Assembly: GCA_001771135.1 (NCBI GenBank)
Contig: MESW01000002.1
Coordinates: forward strand, 69,315 to 133,314
Source of the DNA: a candidate division CPR3 bacterium GWF2_35_18
Lineage (GTDB): Bacteria; Patescibacteriota; CPR3; GWF2-35-18
DNA: 64,000 nucleotides
Direction: 5' to 3'
The number at the start of each line of letters is the position of its first letter. The stretch's first letter is position 1. Below, piece by piece: positions 54,113 through 63,891 of the stretch. Both the position numbers and the translations under genes were made by a program. Below the pieces are notes generated by a model. The model saw only the letters and a program-made list of their open reading frames with translations, had not been told where the DNA came from and made no database searches.

Positions 54113-54667
54113 ATGGCTACACGATCGTTAAACAAGGTAATGTTAATCGGAAATTTAACTAGAGATCCTGAACTAAGATATACTCCTTCAGGAACCCCAG
54201 TTTGTTCTTTTGGACTAGCAACCAATCGTTCTTGGGTTGCTTCTAATTCTAGCGATAGACAAGAAGAAACAGAATTTCATAGTGTTGTTGCTTGGAGTAA
54301 ATTAGCAGAGCTTTGTGCTCAGTTACTTGCTAAAGGACGTAAAGTCTATGTTGAGGGTCGATTACAAACTAGAAGCTGGGAAGCTCAAACTGGAGAGAAA
54401 AGAACTAAAACAGAAATTGTTGCTGAGGATATGATAATTTTAGATAGTAAATTCAAAAATTCAGATGGAGAACTTGTGGAAAGAGAATCAAGTAATAATC
54501 ATACCAAAGAAGCTTCTTCTGAAGAAACTCCGGTAACCGAAAATCAAACGACCGAAGTTGCTCCAACAGAAACTGTTTCTGAAGAACAGGCTCCACAAGC
54601 TACCAATGAAGAAAAACCAGAGGAAAATAAAAAGGAAGATATCGATCTTGATAAAATTCCTTTCTAA
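54113..54667 (+). CDS. ssb: Single-stranded DNA-binding protein
   Basis: OB-fold N-terminus (VMLIGNLTRDPELRYTPSG), acidic tail ending DIDLDKIPF. Confidence 0.9.
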   Translation: MATRSLNKVMLIGNLTRDPELRYTPSGTPVCSFGLATNRSWVASNSSDRQEETEFHSVVAWSKLAELCAQLLAKGRKVYVEGRLQTRSWEAQTGEKRTKTEIVAEDMIILDSKFKNSDGELVERESSNNHTKEASSEETPVTENQTTEVAPTETVSEEQAPQATNEEKPEENKKEDIDLDKIPF

Positions 54668-54675
54668 AGATAAAT

Positions 54676-54948
54676 ATGACAGAAGAACAATCCAAAAACA
54701 ATAGAGAGAAAAGAGAAAAAGACAACAAAGGGTATATAAATTACTGTTATTTCTGTGTTGATGGTGAAAAAGAAATTTCGTGTAAAGATGTGGCTAAACT
54801 TAAGCGTTTCTTAAACGAAAGAGATATGGTTATTTCAAGACAAAAAACCAGACTATGTGCTTATCATCAACGAAAACTAAGTAGTAGTATTAAAAAAGCC
54901 AGATTTTTAGCGCTACTTCCTGTGGGTGGGCGTAAAAATTTAGATTAG
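54676..54948 (+). CDS. rpsR: 30S ribosomal protein S18
   Basis: CYFC...KD...LKRFL.ERGKI..R..T.LCA..QR.L..AIK.AR.LALLP-like core. Confidence 0.9.
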   Translation: MTEEQSKNNREKREKDNKGYINYCYFCVDGEKEISCKDVAKLKRFLNERDMVISRQKTRLCAYHQRKLSSSIKKARFLALLPVGGRKNLD

Positions 54949-55017
54949 TATTATCATTTTGTACGGTTTTAGTGTTTAAAAAACTGCCAGCCTTATTTAC
55001 TTTCTAGATAGGCGACG

Positions 55018-56319
55018 TTGGGTAATTCCATGACTAAAAGAAGTATTATTCCAGCTTACTATCTCATAGTTGATTTAGGAGAGATAATTTCTCAGTTCTA
55101 CCTCCTTTATATTTCCGATAAATTCCAAATTGAAGTTTTTGGTCCTGTCGAAATAACAAGTGATGTCTTAAAAGCTGAAAAAGCGAATACCTATTTCGAA
55201 TCCGCGATTTTAGAGCTTCAAAAAATTTCAAATCGAAAAATAATTAGTCGTAACCTCATCCTTCTTCTAAATTCTCCTTCCAAAGGTATTAATGGAGTGT
55301 CTTTTGCAGGGAAAAAAGATTTAAATAGCAATATCGGTATTTTGAAATCTTTTAACCTATATAGTCAGAAGGAAGTTTTTGATTTACTTCTGTCCCTTTT
55401 GGAATCTTTTAATAGTGATTTTTATGTAATTGATATTGGATTGACTGATGTTTTCTATGGTTATGTAGATAAAAATCATAATCATCGTTCTTTCGTTAAA
55501 GGTGTTAGAGAGTCTCTTCTAGAGATATTGGGTGATCCGCTTAGTTTAGATAAGATTGCTTCTTTACTGCCTTTTGAAATAGATCTAAAAGAGCTAGGGA
55601 ATTATATTGCCAATAAAAGCGTTTATCTCCAAACAATCCCTCTTAATTTGCGTGATTTTACGGTAGAACAATCACTAATCAGAGAGATTGTGAGTAGAGA
55701 TAAAGTAGATTTTTTTAGGAACGAACAGTTAAATAAAGTTATTCTTTCTGGCTTGTGGATGAAAATGGCAACAAGCGTCGAGCAGATAGTTTTGACCATG
55801 ATAGATGGACTCGAGTTAACCGGAATTTCTTATCTTTATTTTGATAGACATAATCTTTTAAGAAATTGTGCTCCTATTATCTTTGATTATGAAGAAAAAA
55901 CTAAAAACTTAGTTTTACCGCAATTAATATCTCATTATGGAACAGTGATTACTCTTTTGGGTCCAATTGTAAAGGGTAAAAATATAGGAAAAGTCTATTT
56001 AGATCAAGGACTGGATGAAAAACAAGAAATTACGCTAATGGGTGGGGAAATTTATACTTTGCCTTTTACGGGGAAAATGAAATTAACTTTTGTGTTAGAT
56101 TTTATGTATGGAATATTCGACACAAACTCAGTTTTGAATAAGGCTAAAGAGGAAAGAACCATAGAAATCGAAGTCGTGGGTGGAGAGAAGGGAATCATTC
56201 TAGACGTTAGAGGTAGACCTATAACCGTAGTTGGGGGAAGAGAAGGTAAAAAGCAGATTCTCTCTTGGAATCAAGCTTTTGATATCTATCATAAAGTTCA
56301 GAAAGTAGGGGAAGATTAA
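55018..56319 (+). CDS. Uncharacterized protein with actin-like (ASKHA) ATPase-type motifs
   Basis: 433 aa. YLIVDLGEII (phosphate-1-like) and YVIDIGLTDVFYGYV (phosphate-2-like). Co-transcribed with the next ORF (ATG overlaps the stop). Confidence 0.4.
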   Translation: MGNSMTKRSIIPAYYLIVDLGEIISQFYLLYISDKFQIEVFGPVEITSDVLKAEKANTYFESAILELQKISNRKIISRNLILLLNSPSKGINGVSFAGKKDLNSNIGILKSFNLYSQKEVFDLLLSLLESFNSDFYVIDIGLTDVFYGYVDKNHNHRSFVKGVRESLLEILGDPLSLDKIASLLPFEIDLKELGNYIANKSVYLQTIPLNLRDFTVEQSLIREIVSRDKVDFFRNEQLNKVILSGLWMKMATSVEQIVLTMIDGLELTGISYLYFDRHNLLRNCAPIIFDYEEKTKNLVLPQLISHYGTVITLLGPIVKGKNIGKVYLDQGLDEKQEITLMGGEIYTLPFTGKMKLTFVLDFMYGIFDTNSVLNKAKEERTIEIEVVGGEKGIILDVRGRPITVVGGREGKKQILSWNQAFDIYHKVQKVGED

Positions 56320-57431
56320 TGTTTTCAAAGAATTCGACTCAAAGTGAATTACTTCTTTCTAAAAAGACATTGTATGAAGAGAATGTTAATCGAGAGATTG
56401 AAAGAAATTTGATTTCGGAAGGGACGATTTTCGCCAAAAAAGGTGAGTCCGTCTCTCCGGCTGATATCATCGGTGAGTGTTATGTGTCTAGAGGTTTTCG
56501 TATTTTTAATATTGCTGAAACTTTAGGTATAAAGCCAAATGAAATTAGTAATTATTTGAAAAAAGAACCAGGTTCTAAGGTTTTTAAGGGAGAAGTTTTG
56601 GCGGAGAAAAAAAGATACCTAGGAGTTCTCACAAGACAATTTATAGTTCCATGTGATGGAATTTTAGAAGGACTTAATCAAAAAGATGGTCAGTTAACAA
56701 TTCGTTTTCTTCCAGAGAAAAATAAGCTTCTTTCCGGATTTTACGGCGAAGTCCAAGAAGTCAATGAAGGAAAAAGTGTTATTCTAAAAACTGAAGTACA
56801 TGTTATTAGAGGTCAAATTGGAATGGGAATTAAAAGAGAAGGAATTTTTAATTTCATTTCAGATCATGGTGATAACATTACCCCTCTTGACGTTGATGCT
56901 CAGTATGCAAGAAAGATCTTGTTATTAGGAAGTTTGGTGTCAAAAGATATTGTCCAAAAATGCCTTGCCTTAGGAGTAAAAGGAATCATTGGAGGAGGAA
57001 TTAACTTCAAAGATTATCAAAGTTTAATAGGATCATTAAATCCACGTGAGGATGTTGGGGTAAGTATTCTGATTCTCACGGGTTTTGGAAGATCCGATAT
57101 TGATTCTAAGATAACGGGAATCTTACAAAAATATCAACATCGACATGTTATTTTAGATCCTCAGTCAAAAGAGCTATTAATTCCTTTGAGTCCAACAGAG
57201 TGGCTTAAAAAGAGATCAAAAAAGAAATCAGAAGAGATAGAATTTCTTAAAATAGGAAATGAAGTCCTAATTCTATCCTGGCCGTATCTTGGAAAACGAG
57301 GTATAATTACCGGACTTGAAGCGGAAAAAAAGAACGAATTAAGTTCTTGTGTTTCCGTTTTCGCAGCGAAAGTGAAGATCTCTGACGGAAAGGAAGTTAC
57401 CCTTCCAATTAGAAATCTGCAATTAATATAA
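56319..57431 (+). CDS. Uncharacterized protein, C-terminal KOW-like segment
   Basis: 370 aa. No family recognised. The C-terminal GNEVLILSWPYLGKRGIITGLE resembles a KOW motif. Confidence 0.4.
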   Translation: MFSKNSTQSELLLSKKTLYEENVNREIERNLISEGTIFAKKGESVSPADIIGECYVSRGFRIFNIAETLGIKPNEISNYLKKEPGSKVFKGEVLAEKKRYLGVLTRQFIVPCDGILEGLNQKDGQLTIRFLPEKNKLLSGFYGEVQEVNEGKSVILKTEVHVIRGQIGMGIKREGIFNFISDHGDNITPLDVDAQYARKILLLGSLVSKDIVQKCLALGVKGIIGGGINFKDYQSLIGSLNPREDVGVSILILTGFGRSDIDSKITGILQKYQHRHVILDPQSKELLIPLSPTEWLKKRSKKKSEEIEFLKIGNEVLILSWPYLGKRGIITGLEAEKKNELSSCVSVFAAKVKISDGKEVTLPIRNLQLI

Positions 57432-57564
57432 CAATCGCTAAAACCAATTAATAAACTCAAACTGGTATTTCTTATTAGTTCTTTGTTTTGTATAATAAGT
57501 AGATAAATTAATTTATATTAGAATATTCTTTTAATTCTATAGAAGTTATGAGAGGTCTATTTGT

Positions 57565-58785
57565 ATGGTAAATCCAGAGTATCGAACAATAAAAGTGATC
57601 ATATATATTATTTCTGCAATTGCTTTTTTCGTAGGAGGTTTTTTTGTTGGTAATTTCCAGAAAAACTATTATATTAATTTGTCTGGGAATAAAATTACCA
57701 TTGAAAATAAATCTCAAGCAAATCAAAATGTTGATTTTTCTATTTTTTGGAAAGTCTGGGATGAGGTTAGTAACAAGTATCTTTATCAAGAAGATGTTGA
57801 TCCTCAAAAGATGGTATATGGAGCTATAAAAGGGATGGTCGCAAGTTTAGATGATCCCTACTCAATCTTCCTCGATCCAGAAGAGTTTGCACAACTTAAA
57901 GAATCAATGGCTTCAACATATGAAGGTATTGGGATAGAGATGGGTTTTAAAGATAATCAAATCGTAGTGATTACTCCATTTGAAGGTTCTCCTGCAATTA
58001 AATCTGGAATTAAAGCGGGAGATTATATCTTGAAAATCAACGATGAAATAACTACGAACATGAGTCTTTCTGAATCAGCCAGTAAGATTAGAGGAGAGAA
58101 TAAAACTAAGGTAAAACTAACGTTACAACATCAAGGAGAAAGTGATCCTTATGAAGTTGAGATTGTTAGATCAGTGATTACCTATGATACGGTTACGATT
58201 AAATTCATTGATGATGATATTGCTTATGTAAGAATTCTTCAGTTTGGAGATGATACGAACGCTCAATGGGATGATGCGATATCTGAAATCCAATCACAAA
58301 ATCCTAAAGGGGTAATCCTTGATTTGCGTAATAATCCGGGAGGATATGTTTCCTCAGCCAGCTACATTGTCGGAGATTTTGTCGGAAGTAAAGTGGCTGT
58401 AAAGCAAAAATTTTCAGATTCCCATGTTACTTCTCAGAAATCTATTAATTCAAAACAAAGATTAAAAGATTATAAAGTAATTTTGCTTCTTAATGAAGGA
58501 TCAGCCTCTGCATCGGAAATTCTAGCGGGAGCGTTGAAATATTATAATATCGTAACAATTGTAGGGGAAAAATCGTTTGGGAAAGGAATAGTTCAAGATC
58601 AAATTCCACTGTCTTCCGGAACTGGTTTACATGTTACGACTTCGGAGTGGCTTACTCCTGGAGATCAGAATATTCACAAGCAAGGGATTGAGCCAGATAT
58701 CCAGATAGAAATGACTGAAGATGACATAAAAAAGGGAATTGATCCTCAACTGGATAAAGCAAAGGAGTTAGTGTCTGTTAACTAG
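57565..58785 (+). CDS. ctpA: Carboxyl-terminal processing protease (S41 family) with PDZ domain
   Basis: N-terminal TM, PDZ domain (GIGIEMGF...GSPAIKSGIKAGDYILKIND), S41 catalytic Ser/Lys region (LLLNEGSASASEILAGAL, FGKG). Confidence 0.85.
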   Translation: MVNPEYRTIKVIIYIISAIAFFVGGFFVGNFQKNYYINLSGNKITIENKSQANQNVDFSIFWKVWDEVSNKYLYQEDVDPQKMVYGAIKGMVASLDDPYSIFLDPEEFAQLKESMASTYEGIGIEMGFKDNQIVVITPFEGSPAIKSGIKAGDYILKINDEITTNMSLSESASKIRGENKTKVKLTLQHQGESDPYEVEIVRSVITYDTVTIKFIDDDIAYVRILQFGDDTNAQWDDAISEIQSQNPKGVILDLRNNPGGYVSSASYIVGDFVGSKVAVKQKFSDSHVTSQKSINSKQRLKDYKVILLLNEGSASASEILAGALKYYNIVTIVGEKSFGKGIVQDQIPLSSGTGLHVTTSEWLTPGDQNIHKQGIEPDIQIEMTEDDIKKGIDPQLDKAKELVSVN

Positions 58786-58883
58786 TATTTAGCGATTTTA
58801 ATATAAATTTCAGATTCTATAGGGTAATCGCTATTAAGTAATTTTAAAATAGGGTATTACATGTTATTTTAGTTTACTATAGG

Positions 58884-58912
58884 TTGACAATGTTTCTTAA
58901 CTGTGGTATAAA
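58884..58912 (+). promoter_or_regulatory. Consensus promoter TTGACA-17-TGgTATAAA (rRNA-promoter-like)
   Basis: -35 TTGACA at 58884-58889, 17-nt spacer, -10 at 58907-58912. Shares the TGGTATAAA element with the 16S and 23S promoters. Confidence 0.4.
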
Positions 58913-58919
58913 ACACGAT

Positions 58920-58956
58920 ACGGAGTCGGTGGGGGCAGTGCCGACTCCGTTTTTTA
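58920..58956 (+). ncRNA. Predicted ~40-nt hairpin transcript / intrinsic terminator immediately downstream of the promoter (candidate small RNA or rho-leader attenuator)
   Basis: ACGGAGTCGG-tgggggcagtg-CCGACTCCGT followed by T5. A 10-bp GC-rich stem in AT-rich context that starts about 7 nt after the -10. Confidence 0.4.
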
Positions 58957-59293
58957 TAAACTCAATTTCCTTAAATTTGCAAAAAAAGTATTGAGTATAT
59001 GATCATTGACAATCAGTTTCTTTTTTGCTAACTTAGATAAAGTTACATATATATTCGTGTTTTTCCATATTGTAATATCTTTTTCCTAAATATTCCTAGA
59101 ATATTAATTAATGAAACTTTATCAATTAGGTAGAATTTCAATAAAATAAAGAGCAAGTTATCCTGTTATATACTCGATGTTTAAAGATAAAGCTAAATTT
59201 GTAAGTAATTATGATCTAGAATTCCGTTAAACTTATGAAAATTATTAAAAATACCGAGAGTTTATAAATCTCGGAGTTCATAGAAAGGTTTGT

Positions 59294-60586
59294 ATGCCAG
59301 CTAAAAAAACTGTACCATCAACTTCAAAAAAGGTTGATACTAAGATTATTAAGGTCAACGAAGAATCAAGTATTGTTCCTGTAAATAAAAATACGGAGAA
59401 CACTCTTAACAATAGTTTACCAAAAAAGAATATAAGTAGTGAAAATAATTTTTCAACGTCTTCAATGAACGATACTGTTCCTGTAGGTGGGATTTTAGAA
59501 ATTATGCCTGATGGTTATGGTTTCTTAAGACATGAAAGATTATTGCCAGGAGCTGATGATATTTATGTATCACAGTCGCAAATAAAGAGATTTGGGATGC
59601 GTATTGGAGATTCTATTGAGGGAAGAGCGAGATCTCCTCGTGAAAGTGAGAAATATCAAGGACTTTTAAAAGTCGAAAAAATAAATGGTGATGATCCAGA
59701 AAAAGCTGTTCGTAGACCATATTTTCAGAAATTAACTCCGATTTATCCAAATGAAAAAATTGTTCTGGAGACTTTTAAAGATATTTATGCAACGAGAATT
59801 ATTGATTTGATCTCTCCAATAGGTAAAGGACAGAGATCCATGATTGTTTCTCCTCCAAAAGCCGGAAAAACATTTCTTTTTAAAGAAATTGCCAAAGGAA
59901 TGTCTTATAATCATAAAGAAATTCATATGATGGCCGTTCTTATTGGAGAAAGACCGGAAGAAGTTACAGATATTAGTCGTTCTTTTGAAGGTGAGGTTAT
60001 TGCTTCAAATTTTGACGAGCCGCCACATATTCAAACTAAAGTGGCAGAGATGGCTTTGGAAAGAGCTAGACGTTTGGTAGAAATGGGAAGAGATGTTGCA
60101 ATCTTAGTAGATAGTATCACTCGTTTGGCAAGAGCATACAATCTAAATGTCCCTCCTTCAGGTCGTACTTTGTCTGGAGGTTTTGATCCAGCAGCCTTAT
60201 ATCCACCTAAACACTTTTTCGGAGCGGCTAGAAATATTGAAAACGGCGGTTCTCTAACAATTATTGCCACTGCTTTAGTTGATACCGGTTCTCGTATGGA
60301 CGATCTTATTTATGAAGAATTCAAAGGAACTGGAAACATGGAGTTACATCTGAATAGAAAGCTTGCTAATCGACGTATTTTTCCTGCTATTGATATTATG
60401 CATTCATGGACTAGACAAGAGGAACAGCTTTTTGATCCAGATACTTTGAAAAAAATCTGGAAATTACGCCGGATGTTAGATATTTTAGGTAATGAACAAG
60501 AAGGAATAGAGCTTTTGCTAGAAAGATTGTCAAAGACTAAAAACAATAAGGAATTCTTAGAAACTTTGCATAAGAATATGGAGTAA
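59294..60586 (+). CDS. rho: Transcription termination factor Rho (with N-terminal insertion domain)
   Basis: Cold-shock-like RNA-binding domain (GILEIMPDGYGFLR), Walker A PPKAGKT, Q- and R-loops. About 60-aa low-complexity N-terminal extension. Confidence 0.9.
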   Translation: MPAKKTVPSTSKKVDTKIIKVNEESSIVPVNKNTENTLNNSLPKKNISSENNFSTSSMNDTVPVGGILEIMPDGYGFLRHERLLPGADDIYVSQSQIKRFGMRIGDSIEGRARSPRESEKYQGLLKVEKINGDDPEKAVRRPYFQKLTPIYPNEKIVLETFKDIYATRIIDLISPIGKGQRSMIVSPPKAGKTFLFKEIAKGMSYNHKEIHMMAVLIGERPEEVTDISRSFEGEVIASNFDEPPHIQTKVAEMALERARRLVEMGRDVAILVDSITRLARAYNLNVPPSGRTLSGGFDPAALYPPKHFFGAARNIENGGSLTIIATALVDTGSRMDDLIYEEFKGTGNMELHLNRKLANRRIFPAIDIMHSWTRQEEQLFDPDTLKKIWKLRRMLDILGNEQEGIELLLERLSKTKNNKEFLETLHKNME

Positions 60587-60644
60587 GATTAATATTGTAG
60601 AGCCTAAGAGTTATTTGATAAACTTTGTTAAGTAAGTACAATAT

Positions 60645-61796
60645 ATGTCAATAAAGAGAATCGGATTACCATTCATTATTTTTATTCACTTTCTTTTTAG
60701 CTATCTAGCTAAAAATCTCCTTATTTTATGGCAAAAAATAGTTACTATTGTTAGATGGATTTTATATCAACTAAATAAATGGAATCGTTTTTTTGTGCTA
60801 CAACTTATGTGGAGAAGAGGTAAGCTGGGTCGACCATTGGGACATTTAGGGATCATTATTGTGACTCTTATGATTCTTTTTGCTAGTAGTTTCACAAGAT
60901 CTAGTAACGTTTTTTCCGATACAAATCTTGCAGCGATTCTTAAAGAAAGTGAAGTTGAAGAGGGTTTAAGTGAAGATTTTTTAATTAATTTTGCTCAAGT
61001 TAATACCAATATCCCCGCAGGGCAAAGTGCTGAAGATATTACGGAATATGAGGTAAAAGTTGGGGATACTTTATCTCTGATTGCAGAAGAAAATCATATT
61101 ACAATCGATACTTTATTAGCTGTTAATGGTTTGGGTTTAAACGATCTTTTAATGCCAGGTCAAAAATTAAAAATTTTACCTGTTTCTGGACTTGAACATA
61201 CTGTTGTTGTGGGTGATACGGTAGAATCTATTGCAACAAAATACAAACTTGATACACCACAGCCAATTATTGAAATTAATTGGTTAGAAAAACCATATGA
61301 CTTAGAAGTAGGTCAGAAACTTATTGTTCCCGGAGGGATTGTTCCAGAAGTCCCGAAACCGGTTGTGACATATGCTGCAAACAGTTATGTTTCCTCTCAA
61401 CCTTCAGTAGCTCCAGTTGCTGGTACGGGACAGTTTTTATGGCCAACCCCTGGATACATGAGTCGTGGTTATGGTTGGTTTTATGGTTATTTCCACGGAG
61501 CTATAGATATTGCAAATAACAGCTGTGGAAATCCAATTTATGCAGCGGATAGTGGTTATGTTGAAGCTTCAGGTTGGAAAGCAGGAGGATGGGGAAATGC
61601 GGTATGGCTTGATCACCAAAATGGGTATAAAAGTAAATATGCACATATGACATCAGTAGCTGTGTCTGGCGGTACTTATGTAAATAGAGGGCAACTAATT
61701 GGTTATTCCGGGCAAACAGGGATAGCTTATGGCTGTCATCTTCATTTTGTGGTTGAATTAAATGGAGTAGCTATTAATCCCCAAGCGGTATTATAA
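60645..61796 (+). CDS. LysM-domain M23 family metallopeptidase (cell-wall hydrolase)
   Basis: TM anchor, two LysM repeats (YEVKVGDTLSLIA..., HTVVVGDTVESIA...), and M23 motifs HGAIDI...D and GCHLHF. Confidence 0.8.
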   Translation: MSIKRIGLPFIIFIHFLFSYLAKNLLILWQKIVTIVRWILYQLNKWNRFFVLQLMWRRGKLGRPLGHLGIIIVTLMILFASSFTRSSNVFSDTNLAAILKESEVEEGLSEDFLINFAQVNTNIPAGQSAEDITEYEVKVGDTLSLIAEENHITIDTLLAVNGLGLNDLLMPGQKLKILPVSGLEHTVVVGDTVESIATKYKLDTPQPIIEINWLEKPYDLEVGQKLIVPGGIVPEVPKPVVTYAANSYVSSQPSVAPVAGTGQFLWPTPGYMSRGYGWFYGYFHGAIDIANNSCGNPIYAADSGYVEASGWKAGGWGNAVWLDHQNGYKSKYAHMTSVAVSGGTYVNRGQLIGYSGQTGIAYGCHLHFVVELNGVAINPQAVL

Positions 61797-61889
61797 ATTT
61801 CGTTTGGGAACGAACTTAAACTCTCATTTGTCAGCTTTTCCCTTACCGATTAAATAAATTAAGTAATTGATTCTTCGTTATATAAAACA

Positions 61890-61917
61890 AAAAGCTCCGT
61901 TTTATACGGAGCTTTTT
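61890..61917. terminator. Bidirectional rho-independent terminator between convergent genes
   Basis: AAAAGCTCCGT-tttat-ACGGAGCTTTT, a symmetric A/T-flanked hairpin. Confidence 0.65.
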
Positions 61918-61941
61918 TGCTCAATTCGACCTTGATGGAAC

Positions 61942-63891
61942 CTAGTTATTATTAGCGGAGTCTGAAGATTCAGTTGTTTCTTCAGGAAGTAATTTTTTCA
62001 GTTCTTCTAATTCATTATTAGCTTTTTGATAGTCTGTATTATCTGTAGGTAAAAGATTTACAACTTGTTGCATAGCTGTAACAGCCAGTTCCGGTTGATT
62101 ATTTTCTCTATATGCAGCAGATAAGTTGTAATAAGCATTTACATAATCATTTTTTAATAAAGCCGCATTTTGAAAATTTAAGATCGCTTGGGTATAATTT
62201 TTCTGTTGAAAATAAACACCTCCAAGATCTAACCTTAAACGAGAATTATTTGGGTCTAAAGTAATTGCCGTATTATAAGCTCCAATTGTCCAGCTCTCAG
62301 CATCTTCTGCAATTCCAATAAGCTCACGGTAAACTTTTGCTCTTAATTCCCAATTGAATGAGTTTTGAGGAATTAAGTTTTCAGTCACAATTCGGATCTC
62401 TCTGACAGATTGTTGGAGTAACTGCTGAATGTTATTTTTATCTTGATCAGTAAGTTCATTACCATTATTTGCAATAGATCCAGCTAAAAGTAGCGATGTT
62501 TGAGCGTAGGTATTTCGATAAAGATCACTATAAGGATTATATAATATGGCTTTTTGGAGGTTATCATATGTTTTCATCGCTTCGTTATTATTTATTGCAT
62601 CTAAAGCGTTTTTATAGCTGATTTCAGCAATTAAAAATCGAGTTAGGTAATAGCCTGTGAATATCGATAGGATAATACTAAAGACCAAAAAAATCCAAGG
62701 AAGAGCTTCTGTTTTTAATTTTGCTTCTATTACTGGAGATTTTGTCTGGAAAAAACCACCTTTTTTGAGGACAACTTTTTCATTAATAATACCTCCAAAA
62801 GAAACTACTCCTTCTTTAAAAATACTTAAGCTTAAAATAACCTCTTCACTCATATGAATTTCTTCTAGGGAAACGGTAGTTATTGCTAAAATTAAGATAA
62901 ATATAAAAGCAGTTATCGTAGTAGAAAAAGTTAGCGCAAAAACTATAAAAAATATAATTAATGTTAGCAATAAAGGTAGAGCAAATACTGAACCAGAATT
63001 TTCTTGTTTAAATCTGAATGCTTTAAGAAAGGTAATGATTCCTTTAAAGGCTAAGAATATAAAGGCTAGAAGACCTAGTAATCCTACTTCGGAGAGGATT
63101 AAGAAATATTCATTTACAGGTTTGTTGAAATGGGAATCCCAGAAAATTGTACTATTTAAATATTGAGGGCGGAAACTATTATAATCGAAAAGAAAAGTTG
63201 AAGGACCAGATCCCAAGAGAGGAACATTTTGGAATGTATCCATGGCGATATTCCAAGAAGCTTTTAACTCCAGAAAATTTTCTTTAGGATAGTCAATTTT
63301 AGTGATTTTTGATGCCAATATTGATGTTAAGGGTGAAGTCAGAAAAAACGTTAGAGAAAGAATGATTACAAAGAAAGAATAGATAAAAGCATTTAAAAAG
63401 ATTTTATTTTCTTGTATTTGTGGCTTAGTGTTAGGTATTTTGGCATCAGTTTTAAGTTTTTTATTTAGATTAATCTTATTAATGTTTTGAAAGAACAATC
63501 CGGTACAAAGAATTAAAGTAGTGATAATTAATATAGTTAAATTGGTAGGAGATCCGACAGGATTGAAGGGGAGGTTTCCCATAAATGTCATTTTGATTAC
63601 TGAGAAATAGGTAAGCAAGTTAATTATTGATAAGATGAAAACTGAAGAAGATAATGATAAAACTACATTTTTGATTTCCTTAATCCCACTTATATTACTA
63701 GAAACAATGTAATACAAAATTACTAAGGAAATTAATTCAACAAGATTCCAGTGAAAAACTCCCGGAAGCCCCATAAAACTGACTAGACGATTTTGAGAAA
63801 ATATTGTTGCCGAGATAAAGGTTAGAATTATTAGCAGTAAAGGAAGGTCAAAAGGGGATTTACGGATTGATAATTTTTTATCAAAAACCAT
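61942..63891 (-). CDS. O-antigen ligase/polymerase-like polytopic membrane protein fused to C-terminal TPR repeats
   Basis: 649 aa. About 10 TM helices with a large loop (Wzy_C-like), then TPR-like repeats (YNPYSDLYRNTYAQ..., YFQQKNYTQAILNFQNA...). Confidence 0.65.
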   Translation of the reverse strand: MVFDKKLSIRKSPFDLPLLLIILTFISATIFSQNRLVSFMGLPGVFHWNLVELISLVILYYIVSSNISGIKEIKNVVLSLSSSVFILSIINLLTYFSVIKMTFMGNLPFNPVGSPTNLTILIITTLILCTGLFFQNINKINLNKKLKTDAKIPNTKPQIQENKIFLNAFIYSFFVIILSLTFFLTSPLTSILASKITKIDYPKENFLELKASWNIAMDTFQNVPLLGSGPSTFLFDYNSFRPQYLNSTIFWDSHFNKPVNEYFLILSEVGLLGLLAFIFLAFKGIITFLKAFRFKQENSGSVFALPLLLTLIIFFIVFALTFSTTITAFIFILILAITTVSLEEIHMSEEVILSLSIFKEGVVSFGGIINEKVVLKKGGFFQTKSPVIEAKLKTEALPWIFLVFSIILSIFTGYYLTRFLIAEISYKNALDAINNNEAMKTYDNLQKAILYNPYSDLYRNTYAQTSLLLAGSIANNGNELTDQDKNNIQQLLQQSVREIRIVTENLIPQNSFNWELRAKVYRELIGIAEDAESWTIGAYNTAITLDPNNSRLRLDLGGVYFQQKNYTQAILNFQNAALLKNDYVNAYYNLSAAYRENNQPELAVTAMQQVVNLLPTDNTDYQKANNELEELKKLLPEETTESSDSANNN

